64,000 bases of DNA from the human T2T-CHM13v2.0 reference genome, Homo sapiens. The DNA is taken from NCBI RefSeq assembly GCF_009914755.1, contig NC_060945.1, one strand, 5' to 3'. Within the stretch, counting starts at the first letter, position 1. Each line of letters opens with the position of its first letter. Made by a program: the position numbers and the translations under genes. The notes under the pieces are model-generated. The model was not told the origin of the DNA. It saw only the letters and a list, made by a program, of their open reading frames with translations, and searched no databases. Shown here piece by piece: positions 38,976-54,023 of this stretch.

Positions 38976-41264
38976 TCGTTTGGCTTTGTCCCCACCCAAA
39001 TCTCATCTTGAATTGTAACTCCCACAATTCCCACTTGTAATAGGAGGAACCTGGTGGGAGGTAATTGAATCATGGGGGCGGGTCTTTCCTATGCTGTTCT
39101 CATGGTGCTGAATAAGTCTCATGCAAGCTGATGATTTTAAATATGGGAGTTTCCATGCAAAAGCTCTCTCTTTTTGTCTACTGCCATCCACGTAAGACAT
39201 GATTTACTCCTCCTTGCCTTCCACCATGATTGTGAGGCCTCCCCACCCATGAGGAACTGTAAATCCAATAAATCTCTTTTTTTTGTAAATTGCCCAGTCT
39301 TGGGTATGTCTTCATCAGCAGCATGAATACGGACTAATACAGTAAATTGGTATCAGTAGAGTGGGGCCCTGCTGAAAAGATACCCGAAAATGTAGAAGCA
39401 AATTTGGAAGTGGGTAACAGGCAGAGGTTGGAACAGTTTGGAGGGCTCAGAAGAATCCAGGAAAATAAGGAAAACTTTGGAACTTCCTAGAGACATGTTA
39501 AATGGCTTTGAACAAAATGCTGATAGTAATATGGACAATGAAATTCAGGCTGAGGTGATTTCAGATGGAGATGAGAAACTTGTTGGGTACTGGAGTAAAG
39601 GTAACTCTTGCTATTTTTTATCAAAGAGACCAGTGACATTTTGCCCCTGCCCTAGAGATTTGTGGAATTTGAACTTGAGAGAGATGATGTAGGGTATTTG
39701 ATGGAAGAAATTTCTAAGCAGCAAAGCATTCAAGATGTGACTTGGGTGCTGTTAAAGTCATTCAGTTTTAAAAGGGAAACAGAGCATAAAAGTTTGGAAA
39801 ATTTGCAGCCTGACAATTGATAGAAAAGAAAATCTCATTTTCTGAGAAGAAATCCAAGCTGGATGCAGAAATTTGCATAAGTGACACGGAGCCGAATGTT
39901 AATCTCCAAGACAATGGGGAAAATATCTCCAGGGAGTATCAGAGGCTGTCATGGCAGCTCTTCCCATCACAGTCCCAGAGGCCTAGGAGGAAAAGGTGGT
40001 TTTGTTTCCGGCCCCAGGGTCCCCATGCTGTGTGCAGCATAGGGACTTGGTGCCCTATGTCCCAGCTGCTCCAGCCGTGGCTGACAGGGGCCAATGTAGA
40101 GCTCAAGCTGCAGCTTCAGAGGGTGCAAGCCTCAAGACTTGGCAGCTTATACATGATGTTGAGACTGCCAGTGCACAGAAGTCAAGAATTGGGCTTTGGG
40201 ACCCTCCACCTAAATTTCGGAGGTTGTATGGAAGTGCCTGGATGTTCAGGCAGAAGTTTGCTGCAGGGGTGGCACTTTCATGGAGAACCTCTGCTAGGGC
40301 AGTGCACAAGGTAAATGTGGGGTCGGAACCCCCAAACAGAGCTCCTACTTGGGCACTGCCTAGTGGAGCTGCGAGAAGAAGGCCACCATCTTCCAGACCC
40401 TAGAATGGTAGATCCACCAACAGCTTGCACCGTGCACCTGGAAAAGCCGCAGAGACTCAATGCCAACCCATGAAATCAGCCTGGAAGGAGGCTGTACCTG
40501 CAAAGCCACAGGAATGGAGCTGCTCAAGGCCGTGGGAACCCACCACTTGCATCAGCATGACCTGGATGTGAGACATGGAGTCAAAGGAGATCATTTTGGA
40601 GCTTTAAGATTTGACTGCCCTGCTGGATTTTGGACTTGCATGGGGCCCATAACCCCTTTGTTTTGGCCAGTGTCTCCCATTTGGAATGGTTGTATTTACT
40701 CAATGCCTCTACTCCCATTGTATCTAAGAAGTAGCTAACTTGCTTTTGATTTTACAGGCTCATAGACAAAAGGGACTTGCCTTGTCTCAGATGAGACTTT
40801 GGACTGTGGACTTCTGAGTTAATGCTGAAATGAGTTGAGACTTTGGGGAACTGTTGGGAGGGCATGATCAGTTCTGAAATGTGAGGACATGAGATTTGAG
40901 AAGGGTCAGGAATGGAATGATATGGTTTGACATTGCCCCCACCCAAATCTCATCTTGAATTGTACCTCTCACAATTCCCATGTGTTGTGGAAGGTAATTG
41001 AATCATGGGGGCGGGTCTTTCCTGTGCTGTTCTTATGGTGCTGAATAAGTCTCATGCAAGCTGATGGTTTTAAAAACAGGAGTTTCCCCATACAAGCTCT
41101 CTCTTTTTGCCTGCTGCCATCCATGTAAGATGTGACTTAATCCTCCTTGCCATCCACCATGATTGTGAGGCCTCCTCAGCCACATGGAACTGGTAGTCCA
41201 TTAAACCTCTTTCTTTTGTAAATAGCCTAGTCTTGGGTTTGTCTTTATCAGCAGCATGAATACA
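38976..41264 (+). mobile_element. Complete THE1 (THE1A/B-type) MaLR provirus: 5' LTR 38976-39341, internal 39342-40917, 3' LTR 40918-41264
   Basis: Both LTRs carry ccccacccaaatctcatcttgaattgt...; PBS gtaaattggtatcagtagagtgggg; decayed THE1 ORF (EGSEESRKIRKTLELPRD); 5-bp TSD tccct / cccct. Confidence 0.96.
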
Positions 41265-42009
41265 CCCCTTTACTTGAAGATGATGCAGAGACTTCTGCCT
41301 TTCAAGATAGCACATCTCCCTCTGAAGATTCATCTCAACCTTTGCTTGGAGCATCTGGTGACTGAAGAAGAGGCCAAATCCATGAATAATCATTATACAA
41401 TGAGTGGGCAACATTATATGGTGATGATTCAACCAGTCCTTCTTCACAGAAACCTATGACCATTTACTCAGGTAATCATAAACTGGAGATAGAGAATACA
41501 CAAAAATTTTAAGGTCACATTGATTATACAGAAACTCAAAATTATTCAGAACTCCATGTCAGAGTGGAGGTAGATGGTAATAAATATATTCATTTGGTCT
41601 AGTTTACAATGGATGCAACAGGGCATGGAACAACCCAGTAAGTCCTTCCTCTATCTTTCACATTCTATTGGAAGAGACATATTTAGTAGTTGTCTGACAT
41701 CTTCCCAACCCCAGGATTTTTGCTTGGCATTTGGAGGCAAGAGATATCACGGGAAAGACAAAGTGGATACTTCTGTCCAGATATGACAATAAGTAGTTAG
41801 GCTGCTGGATAGCCTAAGAAGAAAATGATAACCAGCAGCTCATAGCCCACAGGGGTGAGGGTCAAGATCACCCACTGGATTAGCCACCTAGGCTAGCAAA
41901 GGTGCTAACCAAGAGTGAAGAGAATCTTGAATGGGTAGAAGAGAAATAAGAGAATAAGTATCAGTTGCAGCCTCCAGACAAGCTATTGCAGCATCAGGGC
42001 TATTTTCAA

Positions 42010-42160
42010 CTACATATTTAAATGTAATGGCTTGGATATAGTGTGTTAAAGAAAATATATTATTAATTTTAACTTTTTTGATGTAGTGATTTGAAACTTT
42101 AAAATAATATATGTATCATGGTTGTGGCTTCCATTACATTCTTATTGGACAAGTGTGCCC
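42010..42160. mobile_element. MER3/MER33-like hAT MITE fragment
   Basis: ttggatatagtgtgttaaagaaaatatattattaa...tgtggcttccattacattcttattggaca. Confidence 0.65.
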
Positions 42161-43709
42161 TATAATATCTACATATAACCAAAATGTCATCTAAAACCTC
42201 TAATAAAAATCCATCAGTTACTAAATACATGTTTTGTAGCTGACAGAGTAAGATCTATTCAGGTGGCCACACTCTGCAGAAGAATAAACTACACAATGCA
42301 AGCTAATGAGAATCTGAAAAAGGAAAACATCCTTTCAGCCAATTCCTTTCTCCCTCTTTAGAGGAATAGCATAAGTACTACCCGTGAAACAGGACAGAAA
42401 GCTGCAGGAATATGATTATTTATAATTTTAAAAGATCATGAGACTCTGTCTTAGATGCTTTATCTGAACTCAAAACCTATATCCATATCACCACATCACA
42501 CAACTATATCTGCAGCAGTTGAATCTGTTCAGATTGTAGAGGGTCCTGCAGAGCTGCATGCATGGAGAAAATGCATCCTAAAAGTGAGAGCTCACAGTAA
42601 GATATGATCATTACATTTTAGAAACAAAGTTTAAAATAAAGCAGTGACCACAATATTCAGTCATCCACCATAAAATTATGTGCAGTAATCTCCATTTCTG
42701 GATATGGATTGCTAAATAGCAATATATAAACAAACAATATCAAAGTGCCTTTTTGGCTAACTGCCACTCTGCCACTTCTGAACTGAAGCCAATTATGACA
42801 TCACTCGAGCTTCTTGTCCTTTGCTGACCTTCCTACTCATGTTGCCAAAATGTATTAAATTTCTCCTCTACGATTTGTCTTATTCCCTTTGTCTTTGTTT
42901 CTTTAAATAATGACTTGACATCACTTGACCTCAACCTACAATTTTGGCTGGTAATATCACTGAGCAATTCACTTACATAAATGGCTTTGCATAATCATCC
43001 ATTGTGTCACAGAAAAATAATCGTGCAAGAAAAGGTTGAATTTGTATAATGTAGAACTGAAGAAAATTATTTTAATATTCCAAAAATCATACATCCATTT
43101 AGCAGGTAAGATGGAATATTCTATCAAGCTGTAAAAATCCAGTTTCCATGGTACTATAATTAATAAAATGTATAGTTAGTAAACCCATCTATGCATACTG
43201 TTTATTTTAGTATTGTTCAAGTGAAAGTCACTCTGTCCATTAAATCAAAAATAAAAGTGATCCAGTGAAATTGCTTGGTCAATGTGCTTGTAGTTTTTCA
43301 ATTCAGAAATATACCCTAGTTTTATAAAGGATTGAAATAAGGCATACTGATCTTACATGCATTAGTCCAAGATGAGAAGTCCTTTCCCTGCGAAGGGACC
43401 TTAGGCATCTGCCAAGTTCTGGTGATCTATTACATGTAACAATGTTTTCTCTGCATTAGCTAAGGTCTTCAAGCATAATCGAAATCCTAGATATATTTGC
43501 ATATCCACATATGCTAAGGAAAATAACTGTTTATCAATTTGATAAAAAATGAATCTCTTTGGCATGTTAAAAGTTTTTTCTGAAAAAAATAGAGCCCAGC
43601 TAATAAAAAATATTTTCTGATAGAATAATTATGTAATAAAATGTGTGCTAGTCTGTATTATGATGTTGACCCATAACATAGTTAGAGCTCAATCAACTAT
43701 ACTTGCAAA

Positions 43710-43930
43710 ATAGTAGCACTTGTTTGTACTTCGTAGTTTACAAGTTCTTTTCACATGTAACATTCAGAATCTTGTAAAATCTTGTGACTTAGGAAGGACA
43801 CATACATATTATTAGTCTGGTTTAGAGCTGAGAAAACAAAGGCCCAAGGACATGCTGTCAGAAAGGATCAAAGCCAGAACTTGAATTCAAGGTTTCTGAA
43901 TCTGAATTTCAAATCCTTTCTATTATATAT
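43710..43930 (-). mobile_element. MIR remnant
   Basis: gtttacaagttcttttcacat...ctgagaaaacaaaggccca...gccagaacttgaattcaaggtttctga. Confidence 0.65.
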
Positions 43931-44569
43931 AACTGGAAAAGAGTATCTGGATTCTTTACCTAATAGTACCTGAAATGTGAGTATACATATTGAATAACTA
44001 TGATAGGGCTATTGGGACTCACCAGTCTCAGTGACCAAATTGTGGCAGAAAAAAATAACATAATGAATGATTGGTTTCTTTTTTTCAGTGATTTGCTTTT
44101 GCAGTCATTGATGATTCTTAAGTGCCAGTCTTCCTGTGCACTATAACACAGGCTGACAGGTACTGCCTCCCCTCAGAGCTCCTAATCTAAAGGAAGAAAT
44201 ACAGTACATATCTGTGCATCCAGAACATGGAGAGGTGCTGTAGCAGAGTGTCAAAAAAGAATAAGCCACATAGAGAAGAGAAATCCTGAGAAAATATTGT
44301 GGTATATAATAGATCACCAGAACTTGGCAGATGCCTGGGGTCCCTTCCCAGCGAAAGAACTTGTCATCTTAGACTAATGCATATAAGATCAGTGGATCTT
44401 GTCTTCATCCTTTGTAAAACTAATGTGTAGATTTCTAAGACAATTTCTAGCTTCACATTATTATTATCCTATACTCTCATACACCATTGGAGGAGTATCA
44501 ATTAGTAAAATCTTTTTGGAGAACAACTTGCAAAATCAAAAAAACATGTACACATTGACTCTGCAATTT

Positions 44570-45510
<941 letters not shown>

Positions 45511-45699
45511 TTTAATTCTAATAATGTAACCTGTGGGCATTTTTCCATGCACTATGGTTCCAAGTATGCACAAAGAGTAAATTTCCAGCTTCCTTAACTC
45601 ATGCATTAAGTGCCTACTAGTTGTGATGCCTGAAGAACTGGGAATAAAATCGGTGTGGGATGAATATCAGATGACCTAGAAGAAAATTTGAATTCACAT

Positions 45700-47600
<1,901 letters not shown>

Positions 47601-47739
47601 GAGTGGGACTGTGAACAGGTGATTTTTTCCTTCCATTTAATAATACCTTGTAGCCTATGACCATAGTTATGCTGAACATATATGACATTCATATGAATAA
47701 ACAAGTGATGAAAGAAATAATAAAGCACAATGTTAGAAG

Positions 47740-48990
47740 AAGGGAGTAGTTAAGATTGTCAGACCATCAAATTTCTTTGATGAGTCAAAGTAAAATAAGA
47801 ATTGAAAATAATCATGGGATTTAGCAACATGAAGGTCATTGTTCACATTAACTAAGAAAATTTTACTGGAGTGGCCAGGCGCAGTGGCTCACACCTATAA
47901 TCTCAGCACTTTGGGAGACCTGGGCAGGTGGATCCCTTGAGCTCAGGAGTTCGAGACCAACCTGGGCAACATGACAAAACCCCATCTCTATAAAACAAAC
48001 AAACAAACAAAAAATCAGCCAGGTATTGTGGCATGCACCCATAGTCTCATCTACTCGGGGAGCTGAGGTGGGAGGATCACTTGATCCACCGGGTGGTTGA
48101 GGTTGCAGTGAGCCGAGATAGCACCACTGCACTCCAGCCTGGACGATAGAGTGAGACTTTGTCTCAAAAACAAGAAAATAAAAGAAAATTTTACTGGAAT
48201 AATTGGTGTAGGTGAAGTAGGCTGAGAATGAGTAAGCAGTGAGAAATACAAGACAACAAATACTAACTCTCTCAAGATATTTGGCTTCAAGGAGGAGAAT
48301 AGAAATAGGGCTATAGTTTGAAAGTGGAGTACATACTACTTGCAGTCTTTGACATTTTTATTTTAAGATAAGAGATACTTAAACACATTTAAATGTACAT
48401 GGAAATGATTGAGTAGAGGAATCCTGGTTTAGTGACTGGGGAAAGAGAAGGTAAGCTAATAAGTTTCCTGAGAAGGATAGCAGGAATATAATCAGAAGCA
48501 AGAGATGGAAGACTGGACCTTAGCTAGAAAGAAGAATAGTACTATCTTGTACAAGAGAACTGAAGACAAAATGAAGGTAGATACATCCGTCTATGAGTAC
48601 ATGAATAGATTTGGTGACAAAAAGTTGAGAAGACTCACCCAGTGGTTTTTATATACTCTGTGAAGAATGTAACAAAGTTACATGCAGAAGTTTGAGGAGA
48701 GTAGAAAAGTTGTGAAATATTTTTTGCACAGAATGGGAGAGGGTTGACCAGTAAAGTGTAGCAGGCTCACTGGTCAATATTAAGGTCCAAGTAAGGAACT
48801 AATGAATGGAAGTTGAAAGCAATATGCTGAGTTCATTATTTTCTCTATGAGTGCTCGTTTGCTTATGCACATTCTTAGAGAAACCAGGTATTTCAGGTGA
48901 TGAAGGGCTGGTACTTTGCCAGAGAGAAGTGATGAAAGACAGAAGGGCAAGGCAATTTTGCCTATTTTTAGAGAGGTATTGAAACTGGCG
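47740..48990 (-). mobile_element. L2 remnant hosting the AluJb
   Basis: gggatttagcaacatgaaggtcattg...actctctcaagatatttggcttcaaggaggagaatagaaataggg. Confidence 0.6.
47873..48181 (+). mobile_element. AluJb-like element with 17-bp TSD
   Basis: TSD aagaaaattttactgga at 47854-47870 and 48182-48198; gagctcaggagtt and gggcaacatg. Confidence 0.94.
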
Positions 48991-50229
48991 TAGATATGTA
49001 ATTTATGAAAAGCAATATAACATTCTATTTTTCTCTAACTGAACTTGATTTTACTTTCAATCACCATTTATCCCTGAGGTGGAAAATTTTTATTCAAAAC
49101 AAATTACTAATGCATGGAATCTAAGCCAGATAGGAAGCAAAGTGAAGACAGTAAAGGGATAACAACAAGGGAGATGACACAAGAGAGACTAAGCCTAATT
49201 CTCACCTATGGATGATTATGGGTCTATGAATGTTCTGCCAGCCTGGTTCAGAATTGGCTCCATAACTGGATAATGCTGGATCTGAAGGTGCTGGACTCCC
49301 AAACTCCAAATAATCCATACTAGGGAAAACAGGGGCTGACAATAAGAAACTGCCAGAAGCATAAGCTGACTAGAATATTAATAAGTCCATATCTTGGCAA
49401 TTATAATACCCAAAGGCCTTTCTATCCACTTTTGCCCATTTCAGTTTTGTCATGTGATTTTCATTTAGACGGAGAATAAAGATATGTGGTCATTATGCTA
49501 GTTTCACTGGATGCTTTAAAACTAATGCCACTTTCAATTCTTGTTTCTAAGACAAGTGAAATTATCTCTGGCTGCATAAGCAAGGTGGTATTTAGTAGTC
49601 TAAATCTCTCTCCTGTATTTAAAATTGGTCTCTGTCTCTAACATTAGTTATACAACTCTCTACCCTTTGCATTTTAGGTGAATCACAGCCACAAAAGCTT
49701 ACTCAGCTGGGGTGTTTCCTAATCCTATCAACTCAAGTCAGAGTCATCTTTTTCCACCTACATACACTTAGCTTTCAAATCTAAAATCCAAAGAAACATT
49801 TAAATTATTAAAGTCAATCTTGTGAGACAGGATTTGTCACAATATAGGACAAATAATTTAAAGGAATTCCACTTTAAATTTGAACTTACGTTGACTAGTC
49901 AAGGCTCTTTTCCAAATCAAATCAGTAAAATAGTATTTGCTATGTTTTAGCATTTTGTTTTAATGATCATGTTTGGGCATTGTTTTTATGTTTTATTATT
50001 TTTACTACTCCCATAATATGGATTTATAATGTAACAACTATCTATTTTATATCTGCTATGCTTGAAATACTGTGTTATGTGCCCCAAGCTTAAAAAGTAG
50101 AAAGTCACAATTTTTGCTTTGTAAGTTCTAAATCCTTTGATGTGGATACACAAGTACACAAGTATACCTTACAATAGCACTTGAATTAAGTGTGGAAGGA
50201 GTCTTGAGACTGTGAACTAAAGCCGAGAC

Positions 50230-50800
50230 AGGCAGAACTTAAAAGATGGAAAGGAAGAAGAGATATCTAATTAGGCAGAGATGAAGGACTCCAACAAAAC
50301 CCCATATTTCTCAGGCTGAGTCAATGGAAGAAAAGTGTTATATCTGGCAGAAATTGGATATTTAGGAATAATGAGTTGTTTTGTGGAGGAAGGTGATAAA
50401 TCTGTTTTGAGAAATTTTTAGTTTAAAGAAACTGTGGAACATGCAAATAATGATGTCTAGCAGGCAGTTGGAAATGGGTAGCCAGAGCTTTGGAGCGGAG
50501 CTGTAGATCTCGGAGTTATTTGCATGAAGCAATAAAAGCTGCTACAATCTTAATGGTGAGAATTGGATAAAAACAAATTGTGCATGGGGTGGGGTGGTGG
50601 TATGAGGATAGAAATCTGGAGCATTTGGGGAAGAAGAAAAAAACGCAACAAAAGGAGACAGTAAGGGACATAAATATGAAACTAGTTGTCAGAGATACCC
50701 AAAGAGCCAAGATAATATAAAAAAAAAAATCAGAAGAGAAAAAATTTTCATTAAGAACAGTGTGATCAACTCTGTCAAATGCCACAGAGATTTTGGAAAT
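50230..50800 (-). mobile_element. L2 remnant
   Basis: gaacatgcaaataatgatgtctagcaggcagttggaaat...tgatcaactctgtcaaatgccacagaga. Confidence 0.7.
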
Positions 50801-51195
50801 AAATCATTTCCTAAATCACTCAGTATTGTCAATCTTGGGAATATAGCGTATGTTACTCTTAATGAGAGCTACCAATATTAATTACTTTTCAAATTAATAA
50901 TTATATTTTAATTCTCTCTTCAAGTTTAAGAAAGAAACATACACATAAAAATGTATCTGGATTTGTCTGAGTTGAGCTTCTCCTTTAGTAGGCAGGGATT
51001 TGCAGGTGTCCCCAGAGGTGATGACTCCCTTCATCATTGTAATTACACACCCTTTTCTTACCATCATTTCCAAGTACATGTCACTGGTCTCGGAGCAGGA
51101 AGGCTCCTTCTCCCAATTCAGTGTCTGTCAGAAGTCTTCCCTGTTCATCAGATTTAGTCACTCAATGCCGCCTAACAGTTGGAGAAAACATTGAG

Positions 51196-51225
51196 AGCCA
51201 GACTTAGCCAGACTTAGCCAGACTT
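51196..51225. repeat. Three perfect tandem copies of agccagactt
   Basis: agccagactt agccagactt agccagactt. Confidence 0.95.
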
Positions 51226-52928
51226 GTGGGCCACAGCTGCTAAGGTTCTGAAAAGCATTGCACTGAAAATTAAAACCCACTAACTGAAAAAGAAAATAAA
51301 AATTCACAGAAATTAGTTTCTAAAGATCATGGCACTTGGTTGAGGAGATATTTAGAGAATCGACCCTTAAAATAACACCACGTAAACAAGTTCTAATTTA
51401 ACATATCCCAAGAGTGACATTGTACTTGAACAAGTTTGACTAAGATTATTCTGTGAATTTTTTAAAGCCATACCACAATGCTATTATTCCAATGCTAGAA
51501 TCATCTTTCTAAAGAGGACCTCAAAGATTTGGCAGGTAGGGGAGTAGCCTCATGTAGTCTTTTCTCTGCATTTCAAAGATTCTTCTGTTCTAGATTGATG
51601 AGGAGATTCCTGATGCCAATATTTTCTAGTAGTCTACTTTCACTGATAGAAGCAGCCAAAGAGAAATCTTAGTGTCCTGCACACAGCTGGTTAACTTACA
51701 TTTGCCTTTATAGATGCATTGTATTTTTTGTCTTTGAAAGTGCTTGATCATCTTTTCCTTTTTCAAATGCTATTTTCTTTTTTCTAGAATATGAAAATAG
51801 ATGCAATTTAAGTTGGGAAAAGTCAAAGGTGACATTAAAAAATATTTCACAACTAGGTAAGTAACTGGGGCATGGGAAAGAAGGCAGTTAGAAAGGTGGG
51901 AAGGCTCTTGGGGAGGCTCAAAAGATGGCCATTTAATAACAGAGAGAGTTCAGTCGTCTTTTAACAAATAGTATGTTCTTATGGGTTCCTACTCTTTGGA
52001 TTACCACCCTGAGCAAACTTTTTCTTTATATGATTCCCTTAAATCTAAACTCTGATTTGTGAAAACCCAAGAGAAGCCTTCCACATGATTTCACTGCTTG
52101 CCAGGTTAAACCTGCAAAAGATGGTGTATCCATATTTCATGACTTGGCTCTGGCCAGTTAGAAAAAAGACAAGCATATGGTATTACTTTCCATGACTGAT
52201 GACTTTGCTCTGCTGACACCTTTCCTTCCCACACTGTTTACCCTACTAATGTAGCCACACAAAAGAAGTCAGCCTAAAAACGTCCTCAGAAGCTCTCAAG
52301 TTAGATAACTCAGAAGTTTCTTGTGAACATAAGTTGAAGGTATAAAGATACAGAGTCATAGTGTTGGTCTGGAAAGAAAGAACAACCTATTTTTAGTCAT
52401 GGTTAGCACGAACCTATGTCTTGGATCTTACCATTTCAAATAGCTTGTGCCATTTTTTAAAATCATGTTCACCACTTTTTGGTTGAGTCATTGTAGTCTG
52501 TAATTAGAGAGCCTATAACAAGTTTTATATAAAATTTAAAAGTACTTACTAAAAAAATAAAAGAGTCAAATATAAGAATAAATACATGGTGAGGGATAGG
52601 GAAGTGTGGTATCTACAGGAGTCAGATACTTCCTTTGTGCTTCCTAAATTAATCAGGAAAGATTAATTGAAATAAAGGGCTTGGAAACCTTCTTTCAGCT
52701 AAAAAAAAAAAAAAAAAAAAGTCTTTCAAGTAGACCAGGAGAGAGAATGTATATTTTTCCTGAGATAAGTTGGTTAGGAAAAGGTCAACCTATGTCCTCT
52801 TTGTGGCCATCTTCAGAACAGTTAGATACCGAAGAGCCCAGAGAGTGCTGTAAATTGAAAATACAATTTTAATGCATTCTCATCGAAGTTGTTTCTCTTC
52901 ACCTGCTGTCTGCATGTTCTGCCTAATG

Positions 52929-53239
<311 letters not shown>

Positions 53240-53667
53240 ATACTGTCTAGTGTTTTTAAAATGCAAATGTGATCACTTTTTATTAATGTGACCTAGACAT
53301 ATGTTTCATTGTTCAAGAAAAGCACTCTCCCCTTGATTTCTAAAACCAGAAAATATAAAGCTGAGAGTGATTATTTCATTCATGCAACAAATATATTTGT
53401 GTATCTATTACAGGTTCAGCCTTGTATTCATTCCATTCTTCATTTCCCACATGCGAAATCTAAAACTCAGAGATTTGAAATCTCTTAACTGAGTTCACAA
53501 ATCAGGACAAATTTTTCTTAGAATACAGAAATAGTTTGAGCCTATGAAAACTAAGTCTGTTTAAATCCAGGTAGTAACACAGTTGGTTTCCTTCTTCTGA
53601 GCCTTTCAGGAAATATTAATGTAGAAAAAAATCTGCTGTTACAGACATGCAAGGTGTATCTTGCCGC

Positions 53668-53808
53668 ATGAGAATTACTTAATGGGTACAATGCACATTA
53701 TTTGGGTGGTGGCTACCCTAAAGCCTTGACTTGACCACCATGCAATCTAGGCATGCAACAAAATTTTACCTGTACCCCATACACTTATATAAATTAAAAA
53801 AAAAAAAA
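53668..53808 (+). mobile_element. Short L1PB4-like 3' terminal fragment
   Basis: attacttaatgggtacaatgcacattatttgggtg...tgtaccccatacacttatataaatt plus poly-A. Confidence 0.85.
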
Positions 53809-53867
53809 CTTTACAAAGGTCAGGTCATCCAAGAATCAACAGCATTTAGATAGATGTTTTAGGTCCC

Positions 53868-54023
53868 TGTAGCTCAAAGTATGGCCCTGAGATTATCAGC
53901 ACCTGGGAACTTATTAGAAATGCAGAATCTTAGGCCCCATCCAGAGTTCCTCAATTATTTCTGCATTTTAACAATATCCTCCAGGTGATTTGTATATGCA
54001 TTATTAAACTTTGAAAAGTACTG
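53868..54023. mobile_element. MER5A/B-like hAT MITE
   Basis: cacctgggaacttattagaaatgcagaatcttaggcccc...ctgcattttaacaatatcctccaggtgatt...tttgaaaagtactg. Confidence 0.85.

Larger units (their letters stand above)
32824..42002 (+). mobile_element. Old ERVL internal sequence (ERV3-16A3/ERVL-E-like) in four pieces: about 32824-33056, 38375-38568, 38890-38975 and 41265-42002
   Basis: PBS-like gttgaagccaggagtggtcc; gaggaccccatcactggtg; 3' internal motif gccacctaggctagcaaaggtgctaaccaagagtgaagagaatcttgaatgggtag...gtatcagttgcagcct. Confidence 0.65.

Noticed and set aside
39438-40738. Overlapping ORFs of 84-165 aa
   Set aside because: Decayed THE1 internal ORF and alternative frames
49640-49760. Plus-strand acceptor (ctaac...ccctttgcattttag)
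   Set aside because: No convincing downstream donor, and opposite to the inferred host orientation
51196-51225. Short direct repeats as a CRISPR-like array
   Set aside because: 10-bp tandem units with no spacers, in eukaryotic DNA
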